Positions 24,406-36,579 of a DNA stretch of 64,000 nt are shown piece after piece (positions within the stretch are counted from its first letter, which is position 1; every line of letters starts with the position of its first letter). The DNA is from Octopus vulgaris (lineage: Eukaryota), in NCBI GenBank assembly GCA_951406725.2, contig OX597814.1, positions 105,586,001 to 105,650,000 on the forward strand, in the 5' to 3' direction. A program made the translations under genes and the position numbers. The notes below the pieces were generated by a model. It did not search any database. It was not told the DNA's origin and saw only the letters and a list, made by a program, of their open reading frames with translations.

Positions 24406-24472
24406 TGTGTACCTCTTCCCCCCTCCCCACCATCGCTACACAACCGACGTTGGCGTGTTTACATCCCCCATA
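24201..24472 (+). mobile_element. SINE family A, 3'-truncated
   Basis: Head and core match the other copies. Confidence 0.88.
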
Positions 24473-24477
24473 ATATC

Positions 24478-24800
24478 GTCTACTCTCTCCATGGTTCGGT
24501 ACCAAGGATTGTCATCTCTTTCTTCTGCTGCTCTTTTATGTCTTCTGTATTTTAAATCTGTCAATTTTTTTTCATATTATCCAGTCACGAATTCCTGACT
24601 GCCATCTTTCTCCATTCTCATTTATGTTACGTTGTTGAAAGTCTTTGTAAACCATTCCGTCTAATGAACTTCCCACTCCATTCTAACCCTTCTCTCTTTG
24701 GAAGCACCAAATAAAATGCCCCTAGACATTCTTACGATCTTCATTATTTGTTTTATATTCAGTCAGTCTGACATTTTCAAAAATTCTCCATATTTCCACT
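24478..24800 (-). mobile_element. Degenerate RTE-like LINE 3' fragment
   Basis: Minus-strand purine-rich remnant ending ..KRAAEERD.., resembling the RTE ORF end (xAxDRxxW); many stops. Confidence 0.35.
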
Positions 24801-25080
24801 CATATATTCTCTTTGTCACAACTCTATGCTAATTCCTAAACCATTTCCTTCTACGTGGACAACGATGCGCATCTCTCTCTATCCTCTTCTCCTCCTTTGC
24901 CTTTCTCTCTCTCTCTCTCCCTCTCTCCTACTCACTCCCTCTCTCTTTCACTCTCACTCTCTCAGTGACTCTTAACCACATGTTTGTTCGAAATGTTTAT
25001 ACTTCAGCTTTATATGGTCCAACATCTATCATTTCATATTTATATATGCGTGTGTGTTTGTGTGTATATTTGTCAGTGCA

Positions 25081-25118
<38 letters not shown>

Positions 25119-25369
25119 CACACACACACAGAAATACGCATACGTGTACATATATGTATATTTATATATGTATACATATATATTTATATATATATATATA
25201 TTTAAATATATTTTTATATATATCTTTATATATTTATATATACTATACATGCACACACACACATATATATATATATACATACACACATATATTTATATAT
25301 CTTTATATATATACATACATACACACACACACACATGTATTGAGTTTTTTTTGTGGACCCTAATAGTGA

Positions 25370-25655
25370 ATGCCTGTCTATCTTGTTATTGACCTCAGGA
25401 GTGCTTCCACTTTCATAACGAGTTGCTTTGTATGGGGAGACTATAGTGGGCAATAGTAGTAAAGCTGCGGGTCGGGCAAAAGTAGAGGCGGATGATGGTG
25501 TAGGCATCTGTAGACCAGAAAGTTCTCAGAATCCAAGAGCACATCTTGCGGGCCAAGTCAACCTTGCTGTTTACATGGGAACTTCTGCTTAGATTTGTTA
25601 TCAACAATTACTCTAAGGTCTCTGGTGTTGCTGGATGACAGTAGGGAGTCACTCG
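25370..25655 (-). mobile_element. CR1/L2-like LINE fragment (RT C-terminal region)
   Basis: Peptide (RDL)..NLSRSSHVNSKVDLARKMCSWILRTF and shifted-frame YCPL*SPHTKQLVMKVEA resemble the DLG..L.W..H....A.....I.R.F ... EY..P.WSP motifs. Confidence 0.75.
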
Positions 25656-27219
25656 ATACAATTTAGATCTGTCTGTGTGGTAGTTGTATAACCCTGGGCC
25701 TGCTTTTATTGAACAGACTTAAGCTGAAAGCCTTCTCTCCGTGACCATCTCTTGTATACACCTATCCTGGTTAAACATTCTCCAATATATTTTTGATGTT
25801 TGAAAACGATGTGGATTGATTTACAGGAGACTAGGCTGCTATTTCCACCAGCTGGAGCGATCAATTAGTAAAACCTCACCACAACAATAATCCCCCCCCC
25901 CATTCTATTGTTCGTGTCTTTGGGAAAAAAAGAAATGCGAAACCCACATCTCACGTGACTAATGGCTGGTTTTTGAAAACAGTTTCCAACGGAACACGAA
26001 ACCTTAAGACACAGATTATTTCTACTTAGTCTCCATGTTTGTTTGTTTAAGCCGTTCTTATTTGTTTTCATTCTCTTATTTTCGTTTAACTTTTGACTTT
26101 TTTGCTTCATCTCATGTTTTATTGTGTTTGATTTTTGTGTGTGTATGGTGGGGTGGTGCTTTTTTTTCTCTTTTTTTACCTTCTCACTATTTTCGTCTTC
26201 TCCCTTTTTGTTTTTCGTGTTGCTGTGGTTAAATAAGTGTAAAGACATCACTAATGTTGGCCATCTGAGAAGCCGGCTCACACCACACTCTCACACACAC
26301 TCACACTCTCTCTCACACACACTCACATACTCGCTCACATACGACTTGGGTTTAAATTCTTTCTTTCCAACTCAGTGATTTAACAATCTCCCACGAGCTT
26401 CATAATTTCCAACACACTTCACTTCCTGGTGTATCAGGGCTATCACTGAATAGATTCTTTATCTTGTTACCTTTTGATACCAACCGCAACTAAGACCCCC
26501 TCCACCACCACCTCCAAGTATATTTTATGTACGAATTCCTCATGTTGGGAGGGCAGGGCAAACTCCTGTTCTTTGTCTCATTTTAACCGGAGACTCTACG
26601 ATCTGAAATCGGTCTGTTCAGTACAAGCTAGATTATTATTGACAACACTTCTCCCTATTCGCCTGTCTCGTGCAACTGCCATCATTGCTTCCGAGTAAAA
26701 CTACATTTGCATCACTCAACCAATGCAAGAAAACTGAACTGTCATATTGCAGTCACCAACAGAGCTCTCTCGTGGCTAAATAGTAAACGATTTAATCTTA
26801 ATTCAATTCCAAAAACTTTACTGAAATTGGAATCGCACTTGAAATTTCTAACCAAGGCACAGAAAAGTGCTGCGCTTCATCGTGTCAAAGTAGCCTTCTG
26901 TTCTATAGTAGTCAGTACAAATGTAAAGACACTGAAACAGAGTTTGTCACGTGATCTGAACCAAGCAATGAAAAAGAACTTCGTTCATCGTCTAATGAGT
27001 GTCATCTACAGTTAGAAATTGTGAACGACCCACCACTTAAATCCAAGTGTCCGAAAGATCGGGTTTTATATCTTTTTTCAATATATTTATCGTTTGTGAA
27101 TCTTAACACGAACTCAAACTGGTAAAACAAATATCTGAACTGCACGATACAGTTATTAAAATCTCTTGTTTCATTTGTACAACTATCTCTTTGGTCGTGT
27201 GTATATATATGTATATATA

Positions 27220-27582
27220 TTCTTTTACTTGTTTCAGTCATTTGACTGCTGCCATGCTGGAGCACCGCGTTTTAGTCCAGCAAATAGACCAGGACTTATT
27301 CTTTGTAAGCCTAGTACTTATTCTAACGGACTCTTTTGCCGAACCGCTAGTTTACGGGGATGTAAACACACCAACATCGGTTGTCAAGTGATGTTGGGGG
27401 ACAAACACAGACACATAAACATAGACACACACACACACACACATATACATATATACGACGGACTTCTTTCAGTTTCCGTCTACCAAATCCACTCACAAGG
27501 CTTCGGTCGGCCCGAGGCAATAGTAGAAGACTGAACCTGGAACCATATGGTTGGTAACCAAGCTAGATACCACACAGCCACT

Positions 27583-27585
<3 letters not shown>
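27220..27585 (-). mobile_element. SINE family A with a small internal deletion
   Basis: Reverse-complement match to the family consensus seen in the window. Confidence 0.9.
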
Positions 27586-27645
<60 letters not shown>

Positions 27646-27650
<5 letters not shown>

Positions 27651-27710
27651 GATTGCATATATATGGGAATAGGTGTGAGACTGTCGGTATAAACGTGTGT
27701 GCATGTATGT

Positions 27711-27764
<54 letters not shown>

Positions 27765-27829
27765 ACATACATGCACACACGTTTATACCGACAGTCTCAC
27801 ACCTATTCCCATATATATGCAATCCACAC
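27646..27829. repeat. Near-perfect 184-bp palindrome centred on (CA)n(TA)n(TG)n
   Basis: Unique arm GTGTGGATTGCATATATATGGGAATAGGTGTGAGACTGTCGGTATAAACGTGTGTGCATGTATGT is exactly reverse-complemented at 27765-27829. Confidence 0.95.
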
Positions 27830-28158
27830 GAATTATCTCGTCAATATTGAATTAATAATGCTATCATTGTTTTTCCTTTCTTCACTGAATTCCGCCAGCA
27901 GCAGTTTCGAACTCATCTTTCGATTAATTATGTTGCCAGGTGTGTGTGTGTGTGTAAATATGTCTGCGTGAATATATATGTGTGAGTGCGTGTGTGTGCA
28001 TATGTGTGTGTGTGCGTTATATATAACACGTACATATATATACAAAACGAACATATATGTATATATAAAACACGTATATATATATGTAACACTATATTTG
28101 TTCCACGTATTCGTGTTGTTGTTTTCGTGTTTTCATGTTTGGATTAAACACATATATA

Positions 28159-28191
<33 letters not shown>

Positions 28192-28210
28192 CTATGTGTA
28201 TATGTGTGTG

Positions 28211-28320
28211 TAAATGTGTGTATATATTTATATGTATGTATAAATGTGTGTATATATTTATGTGTATGTATAAATGTATGTATATATTTATATGTATGTA
28301 TAAATGTATGTATATATATA
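28211..28320. repeat. 30-bp minisatellite (about 3.7 copies)
   Basis: TAAATGT(G/A)TGTATATATTTAT(A/G)TGTATGTA in tandem. Confidence 0.85.
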
Positions 28321-28629
28321 TGGATGTATATGTATGTGAAAGTGTGTATGTATGTATTTATGTATGTATGTATGTATATATATATATATATAAACGTATA
28401 AGTAAAGCGCACGCACACGCGCGAGCGCCAGCACAGATATATGTAGAGCTTCTGTATGTGCATGTGTGTCTGCGCGTTCCAGTGTTTTTGTATGTGTCCG
28501 GTATATATATATATATAAATATATTTGTTTGTCTGTATATATTCCGGTGTGTGTATATATAGGCAATAATTGTACCAGTAATATAACCTTAAGTATATAT
28601 TTGTGTTCCCAACAGTACAATGTCAAACA

Positions 28630-28661
<32 letters not shown>

Positions 28662-28809
28662 TCCTATTTACAATAATCATCATCATCGCCATTTTATTTT
28701 TTGGTTTCTCTTTATAAATGTTTATATTTTTGCCAACATAAGGTGAACGTGTAGTTAGGTGAATGTAGGTCACGTCTACCTTGGCAAACTGGGATACCTG
28801 GCTGTGTGT

Positions 28810-28848
28810 ACCAGTGAGTCAGTGCAGTCGCCTGCTGGTTTTTATATG
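28810..28848 (-). promoter_or_regulatory. Candidate Pol II core promoter (TATA plus Inr)
   Basis: Minus strand TATAAAAA starts at 28846, 31 nt upstream of the A of TCACTG at 28815; lies in a repeat-free, GC-richer island. Confidence 0.4.
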
Positions 28849-30168
28849 TCGGAATACAGGAATAACAGACCAGCAGCGGTGAGGGGGGTGGGGAGTGAAG
28901 GTGAATGAGAAGGGGAGAGAGAGGGAGCGAGAGAGAGAGGTAGAGATAAAGAGAGAAGAGGAGAGAGAGGAAGAGATAAAGAGAGAAGGGGGCGTCTTTA
29001 TCCCCTGTGTAACATTTGATTAAGAGAGAGTGGGAGTGAATGAGAGTGGGGTGGGGGTGATGTGAAGGGCAGAAAAAAAATGCAATTTTGAACTTTTGCG
29101 TAAAGTTTATCTGTCACGATGTTTGTCTTATGTAATAATAAATGAAGGGCTGGGTGGATATGGGTGGGGCTGTGGTGTGTGTGTGTGTACTTGGTGTGAA
29201 ACTGTGTATGTACGGTCTGTGACTGTGTCCGTGTGGTGAGTGTGTGTGTGGTTGCGTGAATTGTGTGTGAATGTAGTTGTTATTGCTGTTCAATGTTACC
29301 CACAAGGCTCCCCTCCTCCTCCTCCACTCAGGGGTGTGGGGGTTTCTCTGAGAGGATTGAAAAATGCCATGTTTAATTGACTCAGATGGTTCCAAGCTTT
29401 AAAACATCTCCACCCCTGCCGCCACCACCACCACCACCACCAGAAGAAGAAAGAACTGTGCGGATGGCGACGGGTTGTTTTGTGTTTTTCCCTAATAAAC
29501 AACCAGGCGGGGAATTTCATTTGTGTTATTTTTTATGGGAGTTGGTGGTGGGTGGGTGTCTGATATGTAACATCCTTCGCAGACTTATGGCTTAAAACAC
29601 AAAATCCAGCCTGTTACTCTTTGCTTGGTAACGAAATTCAGCCCAACATCATCCTTTTTCTAAGAATAGAAATTTGAGGCAGAATTTGCTGCCATTTCTA
29701 ACAGATCGACCGGCCATACAAGGGGTGCCATCGTCTTCGTTTTTGCTATTGTGTGTGCTGCGGCGGAGATGGGGGAGCGTGCACCAGCATGCCCCTGTAT
29801 ATGTGTGTGTGTGAGAATTGTAATATTAGCAGATGTGTTGGCGACATGTATGATTGTCTTTCTGTGAATTGGTGAAATTTTGGATTCTAAGTTGCCCCCC
29901 ACCCGCCACAAAGAACATTAGTCTCTTTGTATGTTGCCCCCTCTCACCGATGTCATTGAGAAATCCTTTAATATTGGAATATAATTCTCTGTCAATTCCC
30001 CTTCAACCAAAATACAGTTCCAACACAGATTTGGTTCTTCGTACAACAAACAGTGCAGCCATATTTCCTACTCCGTCCAATCAAATGACTTCTAATTACT
30101 TTTATGAAAAAGGTTATTAGTATTACTAACGGCAACAAGGTAATTAGTGTTCTGAATTACGAGGCTTT

Positions 30169-30322
30169 TCTGTGTGTTAAGAAATTTGCTTCCCAACCAG
30201 ATAATTCCTAGTTCCGGGTTCAGTTCCACTGCATGGCACCGTGGGCAAGCGGCCTCTACTGTAGCCTCGGGCCAAGCAAAGTCTTGCGAGTGAATTTGGT
30301 AGACGGAAACTGAAAGAGGCCG
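30169..30322 (+). mobile_element. SINE family A, 5' half
   Basis: GTTCCGGGTTCAGTTCCACTGCATGGCACC..TTTGGTAGACGGAAACTGAAAG. Confidence 0.8.
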
Positions 30323-30754
30323 ATAGTAAATATACATGTGTGTGTACATTCCCTGACATATATATATATGAAAAACTAAAATAGGCCATTGGTAGTGTAA
30401 CGTCTTTGATCATTGATCTGCTTGCACGATAAAGGTTAGCCTGGGGCTAACCCATACCATCATTATAGATGAAGAGATCAATAAGCCATCACCTGTCCCG
30501 TTTGAGTAAATATATACTTTGTTCTTTACAGTGTAATCTCTTCATGCATGCACGAACGAGCAGACACGAACATAGAGAAACACGTTTATATACAGAGTAA
30601 ATATCCACACACAGACATACAAACGTACACACACACACACACACACACATACACACACACACGCACACAAACTCTCGCGTGTATACGTGGCATGTTTTAT
30701 AATTCTTTAAAGCTGAATTTTGCATACAAGATGGCCGTGTGTGCGTGTGTGTAC

Positions 30755-30787
<33 letters not shown>

Positions 30788-30801
30788 CGAGAGAGAGAGA
30801 G

Positions 30802-30848
<47 letters not shown>

Positions 30849-33800
30849 AGATGTAGTGAACGGTTTCAAGCAACATGTTGAGTCGATGTGACATGCTAGG
30901 AGAAAATGAAAGTCTATTGGAAGAAGAGGTAAGAATAGTGCCAATCAAAGTACATTATAACGTTGTAAGGCAACTGGAAGATTTTCCGTGAGAGGTTTTA
31001 TCGATCTGTGTGAGCGCGTGCGCGTGTGTGTGTGCGCGTGTGTGTGTGTTTCCTGAACTAGGTTTTACTTGAAAAATGACTATTGCCAATTCAGTGGCAA
31101 TTTGGCAACTTCTCAGACTGGAATTATTTCCTCAAGATGAAGAGGTACAAAGGTTTACTTCGTTCACTTTTGGATTACAAACATCAATACTGTAACATGT
31201 GCCGGGTTTAGGTTTTGCAAGGCCCTGAGCTGCTAAAACGAAGTAAGACATTATGGGGCTGAGGGTGGGAGAATATTCTGTTGTGTCGGAATATTCTTTA
31301 ACCATTCCATATTGTTGGATAACTTTTGGAGAACTTGGAGAATATCTTGGTTGGTATCAGAACCTCTTTAGATTAGATACTGAGAGACCAGCGGGTAAGA
31401 GAAAATCAGAATGGATTGAATTTTGTGAGGACCGCATCAGGATTAGCCAGAAGTAAAAGGAATGCTGCTGTAAGATGCTCAAACACTGTACAAACAATGT
31501 GTATGGTTTGAATAAAATAATTTGAGGAAAATAGTGCGAAATATAGAAGGTACTGCATCGGGTTTGCCAATAGCTTTCTGTGAATTTTGGGAGATAGAAA
31601 TTGTGCGATCATCGAGTGTGGATGGTCCTGCTTAAGGGAAGATGAAGAGAATTAATGCGTCGCTTTAACAGTACCAGCTTTCCCTTGGGTACCTCTAGCT
31701 GAGTGGTACCTTTCGTTCCTGCAAACAGTCTGGAGGATGTGTAGAAAGTTCTGGCTGTTGCTCGCCACCACCCCGTCTGACTTGGCTACAAAGAAACAAA
31801 GAAGTTCATTAACAGCAGGGTTTGCGTAAAGGAATTTTATTCCAGTTCTTGTTGCGTCAAACCGATGTTAGATGTGTTGAAATAATGTGCCAACAACGAA
31901 GAGAGAGACAGAGAGAGAGAGAGAGAGGGAGATTCCTAGTTAACAGTTTATAGTAGAAGTCAACACCACATATACTAATGTGACCAGTGAGAATACTACT
32001 GTCTCTCCTCACCCCTGTTGAAGAGAGACAGGCTGGAAGCGTGTGTTTAGAATTAGAATATATTTTATAAACACGAGCCATGTTGAGGGAAAATGAAGAT
32101 GGAACTGAGTGAAGTGTGTGCTTCACTTTGGTCTGTTATTTAGATAACAAATATTGGCGGATTTCCAAGGGTGATAGAGAGGGAGGGAGGGAGGGAGAGA
32201 GAGAGAAGGAAGGAGAGCGAGGAAGAGAGAAGGCTGGTCTTGAATTATTGTATCTACAATGTTTTGTTTCAATGTGAGCGTAACTGTATGTATGCGTGCG
32301 AGTGCGCATGTGAATAATATATAAACACAACAAATACAAGTGTGTGTGCGCGTATATATATATGCATATGTAAATATATATATATATATCTATATATTTA
32401 TATGCATATATATATATGCATACACATACATACACACACATATACATACATACATACATACATACACATATACATACATACACGCACGTATATACACAAA
32501 TACATACACATACATACACAAATATATACGCACATACACACGTACATGCACACATACGCATACATACACACAAACACACATACATATGTTCTAGAACTAT
32601 TCAGGGAAATACGATTATCACCGGTATATAAATTTAGAAAACCATCGATCTGTAACGAAAATGTCGGCCCTTGAGTCACTCTGTTGCGTCGGCTTAGTAT
32701 ACAAAGATATATATATATATATATACATACTTTATGAAAATGTTGGTGTATGATAAGCCCCCATAGGAATACTTTGTACGTATGTATGGACATCCGTGAG
32801 TGGTGCATTCAAATGTCTGAGGCAATGAACCTCCATGTTTGGTTTGGTTTTCTCCTCTTCGTTTTTGTCTTTCCTTCCTGACATTTTACTTCATAATATA
32901 TTGGTATTGTTACTAAAATAACTGTCTTTGACGTATAGCAAATAACATCGAGATCACACACACACGCACACACACACACACACGCACACGCACACACACA
33001 CACACACACGTCTATATTCATCATGGCTCTCCTCAAGCAGAACAGACTTGTAAGCGACAGCGACAAGATATGAAGTTACAAATCAAGTTAACAAAATCAG
33101 CCTCTACGGGTCGCTTGTTTTGCTAGAAATAGATGCCAAATTACACCCTAAAAACATATTTCAATAACTTTCGTAGTAAAACGAATGAAAATGAATAAAG
33201 CCGCAGTGTGTTACCCCTGACTACGTACAACTGCAGGTTCTATGTTTCCCCGTGAAGAGGAAATAGTAAATCTTTTTTATCTTCTCAAACCGGAAGTAAC
33301 ACTTGGATTAATTTACTAAACTGTCACATAAAGTAAATAGCTGTAATCTCTTCACGCTTTTTTGAGATAGTTATGATATCCACTAGCAACGGAAGCCGTT
33401 TTAGTGCCAAAAGGCAATGTTTATATCCAACTTAACGTGGCCGATGACGCAGAATTCAACATTCTAACACGACCTCCACGTTGCATATATATCATTATCG
33501 TTTTAATATTTACTTTCCTATGCCTCTATGATTCTGACGGAAAATCTTTGAGGGAAATTTTCGATGGTCGGATGCCTTTCCTGCTGTGAACCCTTGTTTC
33601 CAAATAAGGTAATATTTCCCTGTCTTTCGCAAAGATTGGAAACAAACACCATTTGTGAGACGGTTACGCTCGGTTACTACAATTCATTTATGTCAAGACT
33701 GGGGAACACATACGCATGCGCGTCACACAGTTTGCATATGAGTTTAAAAGAATGTGTCGAGATGTATCCCTGGGTGTGTCAGGACCCGTAACTTAGTATG

Positions 33801-33983
33801 GAATAAAACATCTAGCAAATTGAAATAAAATCTGGAGTCGATGTAAGCAACCAACGATTATGCTACTCCAGTATGGCCGCAGTTCATTGATTCAAACCAT
33901 AAATAGACAAAATACAGTAACAACAAAGACAATATACATGCATACAAAGGCCAGTAACAACAAAGACAATATACATGCATACA

Positions 33984-34388
33984 AAGGCGGCGAGCTGGCT
34001 GAGTCGTTAGCACGCCGGGCGAAATGGTTAGCGGTATTTCGTCTGCCGTTACGTTCTGAGTTCAAATTCCGCCGAGGTCGACTTTGCCTTTCATCCTTTC
34101 GGGGTCGATGAATTAAGTACCAGTTACGCACTGGGGTCGATAAAATCGATTTAATCCGTTTGTCTGTTCTTGTTTGTACCCTCCGTGTTTAGCCCCTTGT
34201 GGTTAGTAAAGAAATAGGTATTTCGTTTATCTTTAAGTTCTGAGTTCAAATTCCGACGAGGTTGACTTTGCGTTTCATCCTTCTGGGGTCGACGAATTAA
34301 GTACCAGTTGCATACTGGAGTCGATGTGATCGACTGGCCCGCCCCTCCCCCAAATTTCGGGCCTTGTGCCTATAGTAGAAAGGAATAT
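33984..34388 (+). mobile_element. SINE family B dimer
   Basis: Same two-module structure as 18267-18670. Confidence 0.92.
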
Positions 34389-34513
34389 ACACATACACAC
34401 ACGTACACAAATATTCACGTATACAAACACACACGTACGCAAACACGCACGTACACAAGTGTAGAGATGTCGTGCTCAACAGAAAAAGGGGTGGGACAAA
34501 GTTCTTATATAAT

Positions 34514-34749
34514 CAGTGGGTTACAACCATTTTGTTTACCCTTTGATTCCTAACTTATTCACATGGACCCCTCTGAGCCATTTGATGATTAAAAATTTTT
34601 TTATGATTAAATATTATTAGGTATTACATAAAAAAACTAAATTATCTTAAGCATTGTAGAAGTTTAGCCAGATTAATTGGACATACATTTTAACAACAAC
34701 AATCTTATCTGAACCCCCAGCATCTTATGACCCCGGTTGAGAACCTCTT
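34514..34749. mobile_element. hAT-Charlie-like MITE (degenerate)
   Basis: TIR-like CAGTGGGTTACAACC / GGTTGAGAACCTCT; internal GACCCC motifs. Confidence 0.55.
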
Positions 34750-35333
34750 TTATGGAGCATCATCGCAATAAGGGTTTGATAAAAGGTATGGGAAGAAATC
34801 GGCGCATGGAACGTATTTGAGAGGAAGCAGTAGTTTAGTGGAAGGAGAAACCGTTAGAATAGAAAGACTTGAGTCAAGATTAAACAACAGATTTATGATG
34901 GGGGTACTTAGGACAGTATATTGGTGAGTTTATCCCTATTAAAAACTCGGTTTTCTCTCGACTGGGGTTTGGGTGTTTATGTCGATCGTGGGAGCTCGGC
35001 TGTATGTTGGATCGTGACCGAAGAAATGGCGGTATAGAGCGTGAAATACAAAGCTGTGTCTACAGGCAACGTAACAACAATAGTCTGGAGGAATATATTG
35101 GTTCTCACAGACATGGGTCGAGTTCAAAGGTTGTTATTGACAAATAAAGAGCACCACATCTGACTGAATATATGAATTAATCCCAACGGGCGTTTCTGTA
35201 AAAGAATCGAAAGAGTTGTATAAATATTATGAAGATATCAAAATAGGTTATGTTTGGAAATAGACAGGAAGAATGCAAGACATAAGCAATTCTTATTCTA
35301 ATAATAATGATAATAATAATAATGATAATAATG

Positions 35334-35374
<41 letters not shown>

Positions 35375-35971
35375 GTGTTTGATGTTGGTGATGATGATGT
35401 TGGTATGTGCCTACATTTGGAGAGACAAACAAACAGTTAAATAAATTCGTAGGATTATTTCGGTTTTAGCCAGAAATAGACAAACAATTGAAGTCTCATA
35501 ACGTCTACACTCAGCAGATCCCTAAATACACACAGATATAACAACAAACGGTAAATTGAAAGGAGGCTATTAATGGAAATGTCACTTGACCATTAAAGAT
35601 TCTTTTTAAGCGGTAAAAGTTTTAGTTTAATGGCGGGAAGAAGAAGAAGCAGAAGAAGAAGAAGAAGCAGAAGAAGAAGAGGAAGAAGAGAGAGAGAGAG
35701 AGGTGGTAGGGGCAGGAGCGAATAAGATTCACAAATGGAACGCGCTATACTGGCGACATTGACGTCGCCAGACGATCTTCTCTCCCTATATTTGGTAGTC
35801 ATTTGTTTTGAGACTAATAATAGACACAAAATAATGTGTTCAGAGGATTTGAACTCAAAATCGATGATTATGTAGAGCAGCGATGCCCTACCCACGAGGC
35901 CAGCCATCTTTTACTGACTTCCTTTCAGCAGCGATTCCCAAACAGACAAATTGCAGCACCCATCACCATCA

Positions 35972-36009
<38 letters not shown>

Positions 36010-36193
36010 CTTCTGTGTGTGTGTGTGTAAGCATGCAATAATGTGTCATTATATCAAGTTTATATATTTATAAAACAGTTTAGCTTTAAACTGAATGCTT
36101 ACTCAAAAGCTTTTAGTAGACAACCTGTTTATTAAACTTTTAGAAGGAAAAGGTTGACTGTGACTTCGAAGTTTCGGCTGTGTGGTAAGTATA

Positions 36194-36579
36194 GGTGTAG
36201 GAGTGGCTGCGTGGTAAGCAGCTTGATTACGAACCACATGGTTCAGGGTTCAGTCCCACTACTTGGCACCTTAGGTAAGTATCTACTATAGCCTCGGGCC
36301 GACCAAATCCTTGTGAGTGGATTTGGTAGACGGAAACTGAAAGAAGCCCGTCGTATATATATATATATATATATCTGTGTGTTTGTCCCCCCAACATCGC
36401 TTGACAACCGATGCTGGTGTGTTTACGTCCGTGTAACTTAGCGGTTCGGCAAACGAGACCGATAGAATAAGCACTGGGCTTACAAAGAATAAGTCCTGGG
36501 GTCGATTTGCTCGAGTAAAAGGCGGTGCTCCAGCATGGCCACAGCCAAATGATTGAAACAAGTAAAAGAGTAAAAGAGA
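36194..36579 (+). mobile_element. SINE family A, full length
   Basis: Head through the (GTAAAAGA)n tail; a short duplicated head piece lies at 36177-36190. Confidence 0.92.

Noticed and set aside
23806-24443. ORFs of 120-204 aa rich in YI/CV/HT
   Set aside because: Translations of dinucleotide microsatellites plus SINE sequence; the same applies to most of the ORF track
28211-28320. Regular 30-bp repeats as a CRISPR-like array
   Set aside because: Tandem units with no spacers, in eukaryotic microsatellite context
35750-35771. 8-bp GC hairpin CTGGCGAC/GTCGCCAG
   Set aside because: Isolated short stem with no associated element ends or ribozyme boxes
35845-35906. tRNA-like A and B boxes on the minus strand
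   Set aside because: No cloverleaf; probably a decayed SINE head
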